DNA of 64,000 nt, from the NCBI RefSeq assembly GCF_036365525.1, contig NC_090380.1, positions 78,741,784 to 78,805,783 on the forward strand, in the 5' to 3' direction. Below, one piece after another: positions 25,340 through 38,405 of this stretch (position 1 is its first letter; each line of letters opens with the position of its first letter). The position numbers were made by a program, and so were the translations under genes. The notes beneath the pieces were generated by a model. The model saw only the letters and a program-made list of their open reading frames with translations. It did no database searches and was not told the DNA's origin. Source of the stretch: Heterodontus francisci (taxonomy: Eukaryota).

Positions 25340-26350
25340 GCAGTATTCAGGTAGGTGTGGCAATGAAGAGTAGAGGGACGGGAGGATGTGAGCAATGAAG
25401 GGGAAAAGGAAGAAGAAAATTGATGTCAATTAAGTAAGAAGGAAGTTGAGGGAAGAGGGAATAGAATGCACTGAAGAAGAGGGAAATATCTGGCAATGAA
25501 GGAGACAATGAAAGAAAAAGTTTAAAATTAATGTTGATATGAAATTAATGTGCCTCATTCTTGGCCGATGGGGGTCTTCATGACACAGGTATGACACGGG
25601 CAGGGGGGGAAGAGTGTTAAGATCTTCAGAGGGGGGAGGGGTGGTAGAGGCAGGAACCCTTACAACATTTAATAAGTATTTAGATGAGCACTTGAAACGC
25701 CATTGCATACAAGGCTATGGGCCAAGTCCGGGAAAATGGGATTAGATTGGATGGGTGCTTGATGGTTGGCACAGACGCGTAGGGCCAAAGGGCCTGTTTC
25801 TATGCTGTATAACACTATGACCTCTATGACTTTAAAAATGGAAGGATATGGGAAAAGCTGAGAATAGTGCTTTAGGGGGAGCAAGAAAGGAGAAGTTGGT
25901 AGTATTGCTTTAAGACAGGGAAAATAGAGACTGTTAACATTAACTGTGAATGCAACAGAGAGTGGAGGCAGGGGTGTGGTGGGAAACAGGGTGATTGAAT
26001 AACTCCAAAAGGGCAATTGCCAGGATGAATGGAGGTGGTAGGCAAAATAGTGCCAACTTGAATAGGGGATATGGAAGGAGAGTACCAACTTGAACTGGTT
26101 TAAAGGGGAAAAGGATGCCAAGTTGCATAATAGAAGAGAGGAAGGGGAGGGTTGGCTTAAACAGATATTGGAAGAACAGTGCCTGGTTGACCCCCAGTAT
26201 GAACAAGGAGGGTTGAGGAGGAAAGAGCCTTTTTGTGAAAAAGAGGAAAGTCTGATTGTGCACAGTGCTTCTGTAAACTGGGGCAGGGGTTGGCTGTGGG
26301 AGAATGATTGTTGAGGTAAGTTTTGGGGAGTGATGATTTGGCTAGTGTGC
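25340..26350 (-). mobile_element. Very old L2-like fragment interrupted by a duplicated segment
   Basis: Purine-rich plus strand. Minus peptide HCAQSDFPLFHKKAL resembles the L2 QSGFRxxHSTETAL motif. Confidence 0.4.
25519..25837 (+). repeat. Diverged second copy of 19834-20156 (LTR end + MITE segment + CR1 tail)
   Basis: Colinear match including 'gcctcattcttgg', 'tcttcatgacacagg', 'gagtgttaagatcttcag' and 'tatgactttaaa'. Confidence 0.9.
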
Positions 26351-26474
26351 TGTAAATCCAAATGTAATTTTTTATTTTTTTTAGATTATATTCCAAAAAT
26401 TGTGTATTTTAAAAGTGATTAAAATGATCCAGAATTCTTCATTTTCAATGTCAAGCTTCACATTTTTTCCAACA

Positions 26475-27795
26475 ACTACAGCTCAGTCAGTTTAACCTCA
26501 GTGGTGGGAAAGCTTTTGGAGATGATAATCCGGGACAAAATTGACAGTCACTTGGACAAGTGTGGATTAATTAAAGAAAGTCAGCATGGATTTGTTGAAG
26601 GTAAATCGTGTTTAACTAACTTGATTGAGTTTTTGATGAGGTAACAGAGAGGGTTGGTGAGGGTAATGCAGTTAATGTGGTGTACATGGACTTTCAAAAG
26701 GCGCTTGATGAAGTGCCACATAATAGGCTTGCCAGCAAAGTTGAAGCCCATGGAATAAAAGGGACAGTGGTAGCATGGATACAAAGTTGGCTGAGTGACA
26801 GGAAACCAAGAGTAACGAACAGTTTTTTGGAATGGAGGAAGATATACAGAGAAGTTCCCCAGGGGTGGATACTAAGACCACTGCTTTTCTTGATATATAT
26901 TAATGACCTAGACTTGTGTGTGCAGGGCACAATTTCACAATTTGCTGATGACACAAAACTTAGGAAGTATTGTGAACGGTGAGGAGAATAGAGATAGACA
27001 GGCTGGTGGAATGGGTGGCTGCATGCCAGATGAAATTTAATAGTGAAGTGGTACGTTTTTAAAGGGTACAGTTTTAAATGGTATGTAGGAACAGAGGGAC
27101 CTGGGAGTATATGTGCACAAATTGTTGAAGTTAGCAAGGCAGGTTGAGAAAGTGGTTAAAAAAGGCATACTGGATCCTGGGCTTCATAAATGGATCTGTA
27201 GAGTATAAAAGCAAGGAAGTTATGATGAACCTTTCTAAAACACTAGTTCTGCCTCACCAGGAGCATTGTGTCCAGTCCTGGGCACCTCACTTTAGGAAGG
27301 ATGTGAAAGCTTCAGAGTGGATGCAGAAAAGGTTTACAAGAATGGTTCCAGGGATGAGGGACTTCAGTTATGTGGATAGGTTGGAGAAGCTGGGGTTGGT
27401 CTCCTGACAGAAGAGAAGGTTGAGAGGAGATTTGGTAGTATTCAAAATCATGAGTGGTCTAGACAGAATAGATAGAGAGAGGCTGTTCCCATTGGCAGAA
27501 GGTCCATGGACCAGAGGACACCAATTTGACAAAATAACCAACGGCAACGTGAGGAAAAACTTTTTGCAGCGAGTGGTTTGGATCTGGAATGTGCTAACAG
27601 AGTGTGATGGAGCTAGATACAATAAGGGCCTTCAAAAGGGGATTGAATAAGCAACTGAAGAGAAAACATTTGCAGGGCTATGAGCAAAGGGTGGGCAAGT
27701 GGGATGAGCTGAGTTGTTCTTGCAGAGAGGCAGCAAGGACACAACAGGCTGCATGGTTACAGCACAGAAAGTGGCCATTCTATGATTTGATGTGA
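26475..27795 (+). mobile_element. CR1 LINE 3' part, degenerate
   Basis: VYMDFQKALDEVPHNRL...FADDTKL...SWAPHFRKDVKA. Confidence 0.9.
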
Positions 27796-28696
27796 TCCCC
27801 AGATTCCCCTAGAAATGCACAATCAATTTTGCACCTTCAACCTTTGTATTCTACCCTTCAAAGTTTCATAATTTTCCCCTAACTCAAGTGACGGAATGGC
27901 GCAAACAACCTACATCTTAATTTAGGAAGCCCCTGTAATTTTTTTTTGTTTAGAAATGAGGGGGGATATTTTCTGGGCCCTGCAAGAGCAGCTTTGGTGG
28001 CATGAGTTGTTTTTTCAGATTTCCGACAGAGTTTTTATATCACAATTAAGTCAGCGGCATGTTTGCAGCAGTCTGGGAATTCCCCCGCCACCCCCCACCC
28101 CCACCCCCCACCACCCCCCCCCCACCCCACCAAAGTGGCGAATTGCAGCTTTGTATGTATTTCCATACTGTGAATTCTCATTACCCTACACTTTGTTCAG
28201 ATTAAGTCCTACCTGCCAGATTAAGTTAGCAGCAAACTGTATTCCTGTGCCACGCAGTTCACATTTGTTTAAACATGGCGAACACCAGCGGGCTTTGTGC
28301 AGTTGTGTCTGAGGTCAGTGGTTTCAAGTCTTGAATTCATCAGCACAAGGAGTGCCCACATTGGAGTAGATGTTTGGCTCCAGGCTCGGCACCAGCAGAT
28401 TCTTCTCAGGGGATGGCAGGGAAGGCATGGCGGTGGGGTGGTGGTTCATGGAGGAGCATGGGAAGGAGGAGACAGGACAGAGGATGGGGTGATCGGGTGC
28501 ATGGAAGAGCAGGGAGGGAGGAGGGCAGAGTCCAGGGTGTGTAGTTGGGTTCCTCGAGGAGGAGGGATTGGAGAAGGGCAGCGTCCAGAGTGTATAGTGG
28601 ATGCTTTTGACGATGAGGCTGCCTGTGTGCGGTTGCAGGGGGTGGTGGGTTGATGTGTTTCTATCAGTAAACTGATGGTTCTGAGGGGCCTAAAAG

Positions 28697-28772
28697 GACC
28701 TGCTGAGTATTTCGAGCACTTTCTGTTTTTATTTCAGACTTGCAGCATTTGCAGTATTTTGCTTTTATTATA
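28697..28772 (+). repeat. Penelope terminal-repeat 3' fragment
   Basis: gacctgctgagtatttc...tttttatttcagacttgcagcatttgcagtattttgcttttatt matches 46265-46337. Confidence 0.75.
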
Positions 28773-29049
28773 TATGTGGCATCTCACAGTCTGTGACCCA
28801 TAGATGCATCAAAGAGGCGACCAATGCCCTGTTCCGTCGTGCTAATGATTTCATTTACTTCCCTGTAGACTAGGACAGCCAGGCAGCACGGTCTGCACCA
28901 TTGGGCTCTATCGCTAGTTCCCTACAGTTCAAGGAATGGTTGAGTGCACTCATGTGGCAACAGCCTGCAGCATTTGGCATTTCCAAAGGCTTCCACTGTT
29001 TGAACACTAGTTTGCGACCACAAGAAAAGAATCTTGCAGGTTTGTGTGC

Positions 29050-29876
29050 TGTCATGCCGGCCCCCACCTGCCAAGAATAAGGCACACATTATTTTGTCAC
29101 ATGAACATTAAAACTTAAAAGTTGTTGCTGGGAAGAAAAGAGGGCCTACCACAAGGAATTGCCAGGCCCCACGCCGGAAAGACATTTTTTTGCATACTAG
29201 CAGACAGTGTTGGAACAAAGGAATCAGTCCCTGCTTCCCCAATACACAGAAGACCTGGTCAGACCAGTTTGCTCACATGACTGATGGTTGGAGTTTTTTG
29301 AATTTGAACTTGCCATGGAATTTTAAAACTCAGAAAGCTCTTTTCTCCTGGACTGAGAACATCTCTCTCCTGTCTGTTCCCATCTCTTTCTCACTAGCCT
29401 CTGAATCCACTGAAGACACATGAACCCCAAGAGAGAAAAGTCTCCTACAGTGAACAAGGTTTAAGAAGAATACTGGGCCCCAATGAAAAGCAAGAATTAC
29501 CTACAAAAAGATTACAGTGAGCTCGAAGCACAGGAACAAGAATCTCTTCTGATATTGCCTCAAACCTCTCTACTTTATTTTTGTCTTCTCTTTTCTGTCT
29601 TTATTTGCATGTGCGTATCGCGTATGCATGCAAACGCGGGGCACAGCATGTATCCGTAGGCTTTAACCGAATTCGAGTTTAAGGTTTAATAAATTTCATT
29701 TTTCTTCTTTATACCTAAGAAAGCCTGTTTATGCTAATTTCTTTGCCTAAAATTGGAAAGTGGCGAACAAGAATTCACCAAGGGGGAGCTCAGAACACGG
29801 TATGTTTAAAATTAAATTCTGTTACAGTAAGACCAGGTGAAGGCTGAAAGAAACCTCCAGACACCTTTCTCACCTG
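29050..29876 (+). mobile_element. Solo LTR with its last few bases deleted
   Basis: Starts TGTCATG. GTGC TSD at 29046-29049 and 29877-29880. AATAAA near 29688. Ends match the reverse complement of the 18985 LTR ends. Confidence 0.85.
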
Positions 29877-30969
29877 GTGCGATTGGTAGGGTGGTGTTAC
29901 GACTCATACATTTTGCATAATTCACAGCTGAGTGAAAGTTTTGATGAAACTGCAGAATTTGACAGCTGCATCCTGGGTGACTAGGACCACCCGTTTGGAC
30001 ATGGTTAATGGCACAGTGCAGCTTCCTCAAAGCGCAACTGAAGATCAATACACTGCTGCTCACTCATCCACCAGAGCGATCATCGAGCAGACCATTGGTA
30101 TATTGAAAATGCGATTCCGCTGCCTTGACTGGTCTGGAGGGGCTCTTGTGTATGCGCCACAGAGGGTCTCATAATTAATCGCTCCCTGCTGTGCATTGCA
30201 CAAGCTGGCAATTAGACACGGTCACAAATTGCTTGCAGCACAACAAGAGGCACAGCAGTCAGTCTCAGAGGAGGGTGACTATGCAGAGCGTGAGGAGGAG
30301 GACAATAATGTAAATGATGCCGTTATGGATATAAGGGCCATGGAGAGCTGTGCAAAGGACATCAGAGAGAACCTCATATTTTAACATTTCAGTTAACATT
30401 GAGTCACTTGATGAAGTCTATTTGGATGAAAAGAAAACAATCTACATATGTTAACATACACCTGTGTTCAGATTCATAGCTGCAATGTAAAAGAAAGACC
30501 CTTACGACACTATCAAGTTAACCTGCATTAGAGATGTGCCTAACGGCCTGTCTGCTACCACCTTTATTGAAAGGGACATGTGTCTCCATGGAAGTGGTGT
30601 CCTGCATCAAGTCTGAGACCATCACACAGAGGATGCTGCAACTTTGCAGCCCTTTGATATGAGAGGCATATCTAGTCGTTTATGGGCAACGAGGGACCCA
30701 CAACAGCACCTATGCAAAAAGGGGGTGACCGCAGAACTGAAAGTGGAGGCATGTTGGCAAAGAATCAAGTGACAAACTTTGAAGCAATGTCGAGGATTAA
30801 ATCACACTGGACTCTTTCATAAATCCTTTGCAAGCGTCAATGGGTGACAGACAATAGGCCTGCAAAATACATTTACCCTCTCATCTAGAACTAATGGAAT
30901 GACTTAGGAGAGTGAATCAAAAATTAAAGCAAATAAATGTATTCCTTCCGCTATGTACAAAATTTACAT

Positions 30970-32388
30970 CACTTGTTTAAGAAGGGTAGCGAGGATAATC
31001 CAGGAAAATATAGGCTGGAGAGCCTTACGTCAGTGGCAGGGAAATTATTAGAGAGGATTCTTCGGGACTGGATTTACTCCCATTTGGAAACAACAAACTT
31101 ATTAGCGAGAGGCAGCATGGTTTTGTCAAGGGGAGGTCGTGTCTCACTAATTTGTATGAGTTTTTTGAGGAAGTGACAAAGATGATTGATGAAGGAAGGA
31201 CAGTGGATGTTATCTATATGGACTTCAGTAAAGCCTTTGACAAGGTCCCTCATGGCAGACTGATACAAAAGGTGAAGTCACACGGGATCAGAGGTGAGCT
31301 GGCAAGATGGAAACAGAACTGGCTCTGTCATAGAAGACAGAGGGTAGCAGTGGAAGGGTGCTTTTCTGAAAGGAGGGATGTGACTAGTGGTGTTCCGCAG
31401 GGATCAGTGCTGGGACCTTTGCTGTTTGTAGTATATATAAATGATTTGGAGGAAAATGTAGCTGGTCTGATTAGTAAGTTTGCGGACGACACAAAGGTTG
31501 GTGGAGATGCAGACAGTGATGAGGATTGTCAGAGGATACAGCAGGATATAGATCGGTTGGAGACTTGGGCGGAGAAATGGCAGATGGAGTTTAATCCGGA
31601 CAAGTGTGAGGTAATGCATTTTGGAAGATCTAATGCAGATGGGAAGTATACAGTAAATGGCAGAACCCTTAGGAGTATTGACAGGCAGAGAGATCTGGGC
31701 GTACAGGTCCACAGGTCACTGAAAGTGGCAACGCAGGTGGATAAGGTAGTCAAGAAGGCATACGGCATGCTTGCCTTCATTGGTCGGGGCATAGAGTATA
31801 AAAATTGGCAAGTCATGCTGCAGCTGTACAGAACTTTAGTCAGGCCATACTTAGAATATTGCGTGCAATTCTGGTCGCCAAAGGACGTGGAGGCTTTGGA
31901 GAGGGTACAGAAGAGGTTTACCAGGATGTTGCCTGGTCTTGAGGGCATTAGCTATGAGGAGAGGTTGGATAAACTCGGATTGTTTTCACTGGAACGACGG
32001 AGGTGGAGGGGTGACATGATAGAGATTTACAAAGTTATGAGCGGCATGGACAGAGTGGATGGTCAGAAGCTTTTTCCCAGGGTGGAAGAGTCAGTTACTA
32101 GGGGACATAGGTTTAAGGTGCGAGGGGCAAAGTTTAGAGGGGATGTGCGAGGCAAGTTCTTTACACAGAGGGTGGTGAGTGCCTGGAACTTGCTGCCTGG
32201 GGAGGTGGTGGAAGCAGGTACGATAATGACGTTTAAGAGGCATCTTGACCAATACATGAATAGGATGGGAATAGAGGGATACGGTCCCCGGAAGTGTAGA
32301 AGGTTTTAGTTCAGGCAGGCATCAAGATCGGTGCAGGCTTGGAGGGCCGAATGGCCTGTTCCTGTGCTGTGCTGTACTGTTCTTTGTG
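30970..32388 (+). mobile_element. Young 5'-truncated CR1 LINE, 385-aa open RT frame
   Basis: ORF 31152..32309 with [21 protein letters not shown] and FADDTK. Confidence 0.95.
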
Positions 32389-32429
32389 CCACCTTCGTGC
32401 TCATAATTGTTTTCTTTTTCTTTTCCTAC

Positions 32430-33500
32430 CACTACGTCTAGGTGCAACCCTGACATCAGCAGCTAAGGTGTAAGTTGTCAGCTCAGTGCACTGCCCCGTT
32501 GCTCTGGATGACGATGGTGGGTGTCCTCTGGAGTACAGGGCATTGACTCCATCCTTCTGGGGGTCTGCAGCAATGATGTTTGAGTATCCCCCTCGTGCTC
32601 ACCTGCTGGAGATAAGGGGGTCAGTTTCGGGGGAGGGAGGAGGAGACAGCGCTTAGTCTGAGGGTGTTCTGAGTGGAAGGCCCTGGGTCAACTGACACAC
32701 GTTCCTTCTCTATCTGTGTGCACGATGGCATCTGCCTGGCTCCCTGAGGGAAAGGAGCTCCTGGAGAGAGGTCTAAGTTCCTTGTCCCCCTCTTGTTAGA
32801 CTCTGCTGCATCGAGCCCTTGGATAAAGGGATGGAGTGTAGACCAGAATGCATATGGCTCGAGTGCTCAACCAGACTCTTCACGCAGCTCACTAAAGTCT
32901 CGACTGGAGAAGTCATATGCTCATATGCCTATGACATGGCAGACATCATGGCTTGCATGGACTCCTCCATGGCACACACAAAGCCACGCATGACCTCCGG
33001 CATCTCTGACATGTGTTCCATGTGGGTTTGCTGCACATCCAGCAGACTTCTCATAGCAACGGACAGAGGATCATCATGGCCCACCTGGCACACGCTCCCT
33101 CAGCTGCTGGGACGTCTCTGTGTTATGCCCATCAGATTGTGACGCTGCTTCTAATTTTGAAAGCCCCCCCCTCCCCCGCAGACCATGTGGATGTATCTGC
33201 GCTTGTGGAGGTGGAAAAAGAGGCAGGTAACAGTGCACCCTCTGGGGCATCAGCATCTTCCTCCCCAGAGGCAGATTGTGGGCCCTCATGGCATTCTGTC
33301 AGTTGAATGCAGGAACCTGTTGTGGACACACAAACGGAGGAACATTCAGCATTGATTCTACATGACACGACATTTTCATTCACATTCCTGTGGCGTTCAC
33401 ATATGGCTGCTAAACTACAGCGGAAACTTAAGGCGTAAAAATAAAGAATCCTGTCTCGCCATCAGCAACAGATCTCACTCCCTCCTCTCTTGCTATCTGT
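32430..33500 (-). pseudogene. Harbinger Myb-like gene, downstream exons (degenerate, boundaries approximate)
   Basis: IAREEGVRSVADGETG continues the exon cut by the CR1 at 33501. Low-complexity acidic/Ser-Thr segment GEEDADAPEGA...STSTSADTST follows. Confidence 0.55.
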
Positions 33501-34102
33501 CCTTTGAACATATAAATTAGGAGCAGAAGTAGGCCATTCAGCCCTTCTAGCCTGCTCCGCCATTCAATAAGATCATTGCTGATCTGTTTGTCGTGCGAAT
33601 TCCACACTCCGGGGGTAGATGGATGACTTTTGGCAAGGGACTCAAAGAAAAATCTTTCTACACCCGCCTTAAAAATATTCAATGACCGAACCTCCACCAC
33701 CTTCTGAGGCAGAGTTGCAGAACCCTCAGAGAAACAATTTCTCCTCATCTCTGTCCTAAAAGGGTGACCCCTAATTTTAAAACAGTGCCCCCTAGTTCTG
33801 GACTTACCCACAAAAGGAAACATCCTTTCCACATCCACCTTGTCAAGATCTTTCAGGATCTTATAAACTTCAATCAAGTCTCCCCTCACTCTTCTAAACT
33901 CCAGTGAAAACAAACCAGTCTGTCCAACCTTTCCTCATAAGACAACCCATTCATTCCAGCTATCAATCTCGTAAACATCCTTTGAACCGCCGACAACACA
34001 CTTACATCCTTCCTTTAAATAAGGAGACCAAAACTGCACACCATATTCGAGATGTGGTCTCTCCAATGCCCTGTATAACTAAAGCAAAACAACCTTACTT
34101 TT

Positions 34103-35525
34103 GTATTGCTGAAAATAGAGACGTGTATGTGGAGAACTGAATGCCCAAATATATGGTGTTGTCATGGGATCCCCTCTTGACCCAGCTCTCGCAAACATCT
34201 TACTTGGGTTCCATGAGAAAAATGTCTTTGGGATGACACCTAACCTCCTACCCCTTGTAGGTGATATGTTAGCTATATTTGAAACCGCAGCTGCATGCAA
34301 TAATTTCCTTACACGTCTTAATTGGCTCCATCCTGCTCTCAAATTTACCTTTGAAAGGGAACAGTCACATGAGCTCCCTTTCCTTGACGTACTGGATGAG
34401 AAATCTGATAAGGGGTTCTCTACCACACAAACCTACCTTCACAGGTCAATACACGCGTTGGGATTCTTACTGTTCCACGCGCTATAAGATTAGCCTTATC
34501 GGCCCGAACCATTTGCTCACCATGCAAGCTTGATGCTGAAATAGGGCGAATCAAAGACATCCTGCGTGACAATAGCTCCCCTGATGAGATCATTTCTCGC
34601 TGTATATCGCACAAACTTATGAACGGGCCTAAGGCCGTCATTTGCAGCCCTGAAAAGTGCCCAGTCTACCTCAAATTACCCTGGAAGGGTAATGTATCCC
34701 AAAAATTTGAGCAACATGTGAAGCTAGCTGTTTCACGCTGCTACTATGCAATAGCAATACGTGTGGTGTTCGCCACTACCAGGATGCTGCCGCCGAGCCA
34801 AAAGGACTTCCTATCACACAAATGAATAATGCGATATATGAATTTCAATGCCAGTGTGATGCGAGGTATATAGGCCGTACATCCCAAAGATTGGCGGATC
34901 ATATCTAACAACATGTCCCTTCCACTGTTCACAACAAGCAAGGTACAGGCCGTACCAAACCAGCACGTGCTTGCAAAACTCTAAACATAGTGTCCAACAT
35001 TAGATGTGATTCTGCGATTGGACAACATTTACTAAATAATCCTCAATGTACTAAGAATTATGCTGACAACCAATTTAAGATTGTCAATAGGGCTCGCAGT
35101 GTGGCGCATTTGCATGGACTGGAAGCTACATATATTAATACACAGCACCCTGTTCTTTGCAGACAGAAAGAACATGTACAAACATTGCGTCTGTTCCAGC
35201 TAAACAAAGTAACTGACAACCATTCACTGGTTCATTCATCAGGGCAGTGCCTTGACCAAGCAGTCAAGCTGCCTGGTTTAAATTTCAAACAAAGCTTGGC
35301 AGTTAACTGTCAGTCATTGTAAACTGGTGCATTCTCCATGGCACGCCTCTACCAATCAGAGCTCACTTTTGCCAACTAGTCAGCACTCTCTTATACAGTA
35401 TAAAGTCGTTGTTTTCCCTTACATTGGTATTCTTGCAGATTGTTCTGTTGAGTGTAAGATGAGAAGCTTCGACAACAAGTCTCTATTTTCAGCAATACTC
35501 AATTTCTGTACTACCAAACAACTAT
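34103..35525 (+). mobile_element. Penelope-like element (second family): RT end, GIY-YIG, terminal repeat
   Basis: MGSPLDPALANILLGFHE, LKFTFEREQSHELPFLDV, IYEFQCQCDARYIGRTSQRLADHI and SAIGQHLL. TSD ccttactttt (34093-34102, 35526-35535). 20-bp inverted terminal copy. Confidence 0.9.
35440..35475 (+). ncRNA. Degenerate minimal hammerhead motif
   Basis: ttgtt-CTGTTGA-gtgtaagat-GAGA-agct-TC-gacaa. Two core substitutions relative to CUGAUGA/GAAA, so probably inactive. Confidence 0.5.
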
Positions 35526-36678
35526 CCTTACTTTTATTTTCAGTTCCTCTCGTAATCAAGGATAGCATTCCATTAGCCTTCTTTATACGTGCTGTACCTG
35601 CATACTAACTTCTTGTGACTCATGCACTAGACCATCTAGATCCCTCTGCACCTCGGAATTCTGCAGGCATTCTCTGTTTAAGTAATACTGTGCTTTTTTA
35701 TTCTTCCTGCCAAAGTGAGTAACTTCACATTTTGCCACATTATATTCCATCTGCCAGATTTTTGCCCACTCATTCAACCTATCTATATCGGTCTGAAACC
35801 TCCCTATGTCCTCTTCACAACATATTTTCCTACCTATCTGTGTCATCTGCAAATTTAGCCACCATGCCATGCTCCTCTCATCTAAGTCATTGATATAAAT
35901 TGTAAAATGTTGAGGCCCCAGCACAGACCCCTGTGGGACTCCATTCATCACATCCTGCCAATCAGAAAAGGAACCATTTATGCAGTCTCTCTGTTTTCTG
36001 CCAGCCAGCCAATCTACTATCCATGCTAATATGTTACCCCTTACACCATGACCTCTTACTTTGCACAATAACCTTTTATGTGGCACCTTGTTAAATGCCA
36101 TCTGGAAGTCCAAGTACAGTATGTCAACAGGCTCCCCTTTATCCACAGTGCATGTTACTCCTTCAAAGAACTCCAACAAATTGGTTAAGTATGATTTCCC
36201 TTTCACAAAACCATGCTGACTATTCCCGATTACCTTGAGTTTTTATAAGTGCCCAACTGTAGCTTGCTTAATGATTGATTCTAACACCTTCCCCACGACA
36301 GACATCAAGCTAACTGGCCTATAGTTACCTGTTTTCTGCGTCCTCTCCCCCACCCCACCTTCTTGAATAGAGGGATTATATTTGCTACTTTCCAGTCTGA
36401 TGGAACCTTTCCAGAATTAACACCAACGCATCTACTACCTCATTAGCCACCTCTTTTAAGACTCTAGGATGAAGCCCATCAGGACCCAGGGTCTTGTCAG
36501 CCCACAGCTCCATCAGTTTGTTCAGTACTGTTTCCCTGGTGACTGTAATTTTACCAAGTTCCTCTCTTGCTTCCACCTCCTGATTTACAGTTATTCCTGG
36601 AATGTTTTTGTATCCTCCATAGTGAAGACAGAAGCAAAATATTTGTTCATTTCATCCGCCATTTCCTTATTATCTACT

Positions 36679-38405
36679 TTTTTTTTTATTCATTCATGGG
36701 ATGTGGGCATCACTGGCTATGCCAGCATTTATTGCACATTCCTAATTGCCCTTGAGAAGGTGGTGGTGAGCTGCCTTCTTGAACCGCTGCAGTCCATGTG
36801 AGGTAGGTACATCCACAGTGCTGTTAGGAAGGGAGTTCCAGGATTTTGACCCAGCGACAGTGAAGGAACGGCGATATAGTTCCAAGTCTGGATGGTGTGT
36901 GACTTGGATGGGAACTTGCAGGTGGTGATGTTCCCATGCATCTGCTGCTCTTGTCCTTCGAGGTGGTAGAGGTCGCAGGGGCCTCAAGAAGGTGCTGTCT
37001 AAGGAGCCTTGGTGCGTTGCTGCAGTGCATCTTGCAGATGGTACACACTGCTGCCACTGCGTCGGTGGTGGAGGGAGTGAATGTTTGTAGATGGGGTGCC
37101 AATCAAGCGGGCTGCTTTGTCCTGGATGGTGTTGAGCTTCTTGAGTGTTGTTGGAGCTGCACCTATCCAGGCAAGTGGAGAGTATTCCATCACACTCCTG
37201 ACTTGTGCCTTGTAGATGGTGGACAGGCTTTGGGGAGTCAGGAGGTGAGTTATTCGCCACAGGATTCCTAGCCTCTGACCTGCTCTTGTAGCCACAGTAT
37301 TTATATGGCTACTCCAGTTCAGTTTCTGGTCAACGGTAGCCCCTAGGATGTTGATAGTGGAGGATTCAGCGATGGTATTGCTGTTGAATGTCAAGGGGAG
37401 ATGATTAGATTCTCTCTTGTTGGAGATGGTCATTGCCTGGCACTTGTATGGCGCGAATGTTACTTGCCACTTATCAGCCCAAGCCTGGATATTGTCCAGG
37501 TCTTGCTGCATTTCTACACGGACTGCTTCAGTATCTGAGGAGTCACGAATGGTGCTGAACATTGTGCAATCATCAGCAAACATTCCCACTTCTGACCTTT
37601 TGATTGAAGGTAGGTCATTGATGAAGCAGCTGAAGATTGTTGGGCCTAGGACACTACCCTGAGGAACTCCTGCAGTGATGTCCTGGAGCTCAGATGATTG
37701 ACCTCCAATAACCACAACCGTCTTCTCTTGCGCAAGGTATGACTCCAACCAGTGGAGGGTTTTCCCCCTGATTCCCGTTGACATCAGTTTTGCGAGGGCT
37801 CGTTGATGCCATACTCGGTCAAATGCCACCTTGATGTCAAGGGCAGTCACTCTCACCTCCCCTCTTGAGTTCAGCTCTTTTGTCCATGTTTGAACCAAGG
37901 CTGTAATGAGGTCAGGTGCTGAGTGGCCCTGTTGGAACCCAAACTGGGTATCACTGCACAGGTTATTGCTAAGCAAGTGCTGCTTGATGGCACTGTTGAT
38001 GACACCTTCCATCACTTTGCTGATGATTGAGAGTAGACTGATGGGGCGGTAATTGGCTGGGTTGGACTTGTCCTGCTTTTTGTGTACATGACAGACCTGG
38101 CAATTTTCCACATTGCAGGGTCGACGCCAGTGTTGTAGCTGCACTGGAACAGCTTGGCTAGGGATGCGGCAAGTTCTGGAGCACAGGTCTTCAGTACTAT
38201 TGCCGGAATATTGTCAGGACCCATAGCCTTTGCAGTATCCAGTGCCTTCAGTCGTTTCTTGATATCACGTGGAGTGAATTGAATTGGCTGAAGACTGGCA
38301 TTTGTGATACTGGGGACTTCAGGAGGAGGCCGAGATGGATCATCAACTCGACACTTCTGGCTGAAGATTGTTACTAATGCTTCTGCCTTATCTTTCGCAC
38401 TGATG
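36679..38405 (-). mobile_element. Family-B CR1-group LINE, 5'-truncated
   Basis: ORF 36999..38144 RT ([28 protein letters not shown]). Poly-T tail at 36679. Confidence 0.92.

Larger units (their letters stand above)
28280..30400 (+). pseudogene. Harbinger HARBI1-like transposase pseudogene, interrupted by a Penelope terminal-repeat fragment and a solo LTR
   Basis: CIKEATNALFRRANDFI and QGMVECTHVA; QVCV|RLVGWCYDSYIL reads across the LTR; AHSSTRAIIEQTIGILKMRFRCLDWSGGAL; CCALHKLA; acidic tail. Confidence 0.88.

Noticed and set aside
31152-32309. Long RT ORFs (also 46997-48358, 49673-51073, 36999-38144) as domesticated genes or retron-like systems
   Set aside because: All are truncated or internally deleted LINE ORF2 pieces with LINE tails and sister copies. 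Open frames reflect young age.
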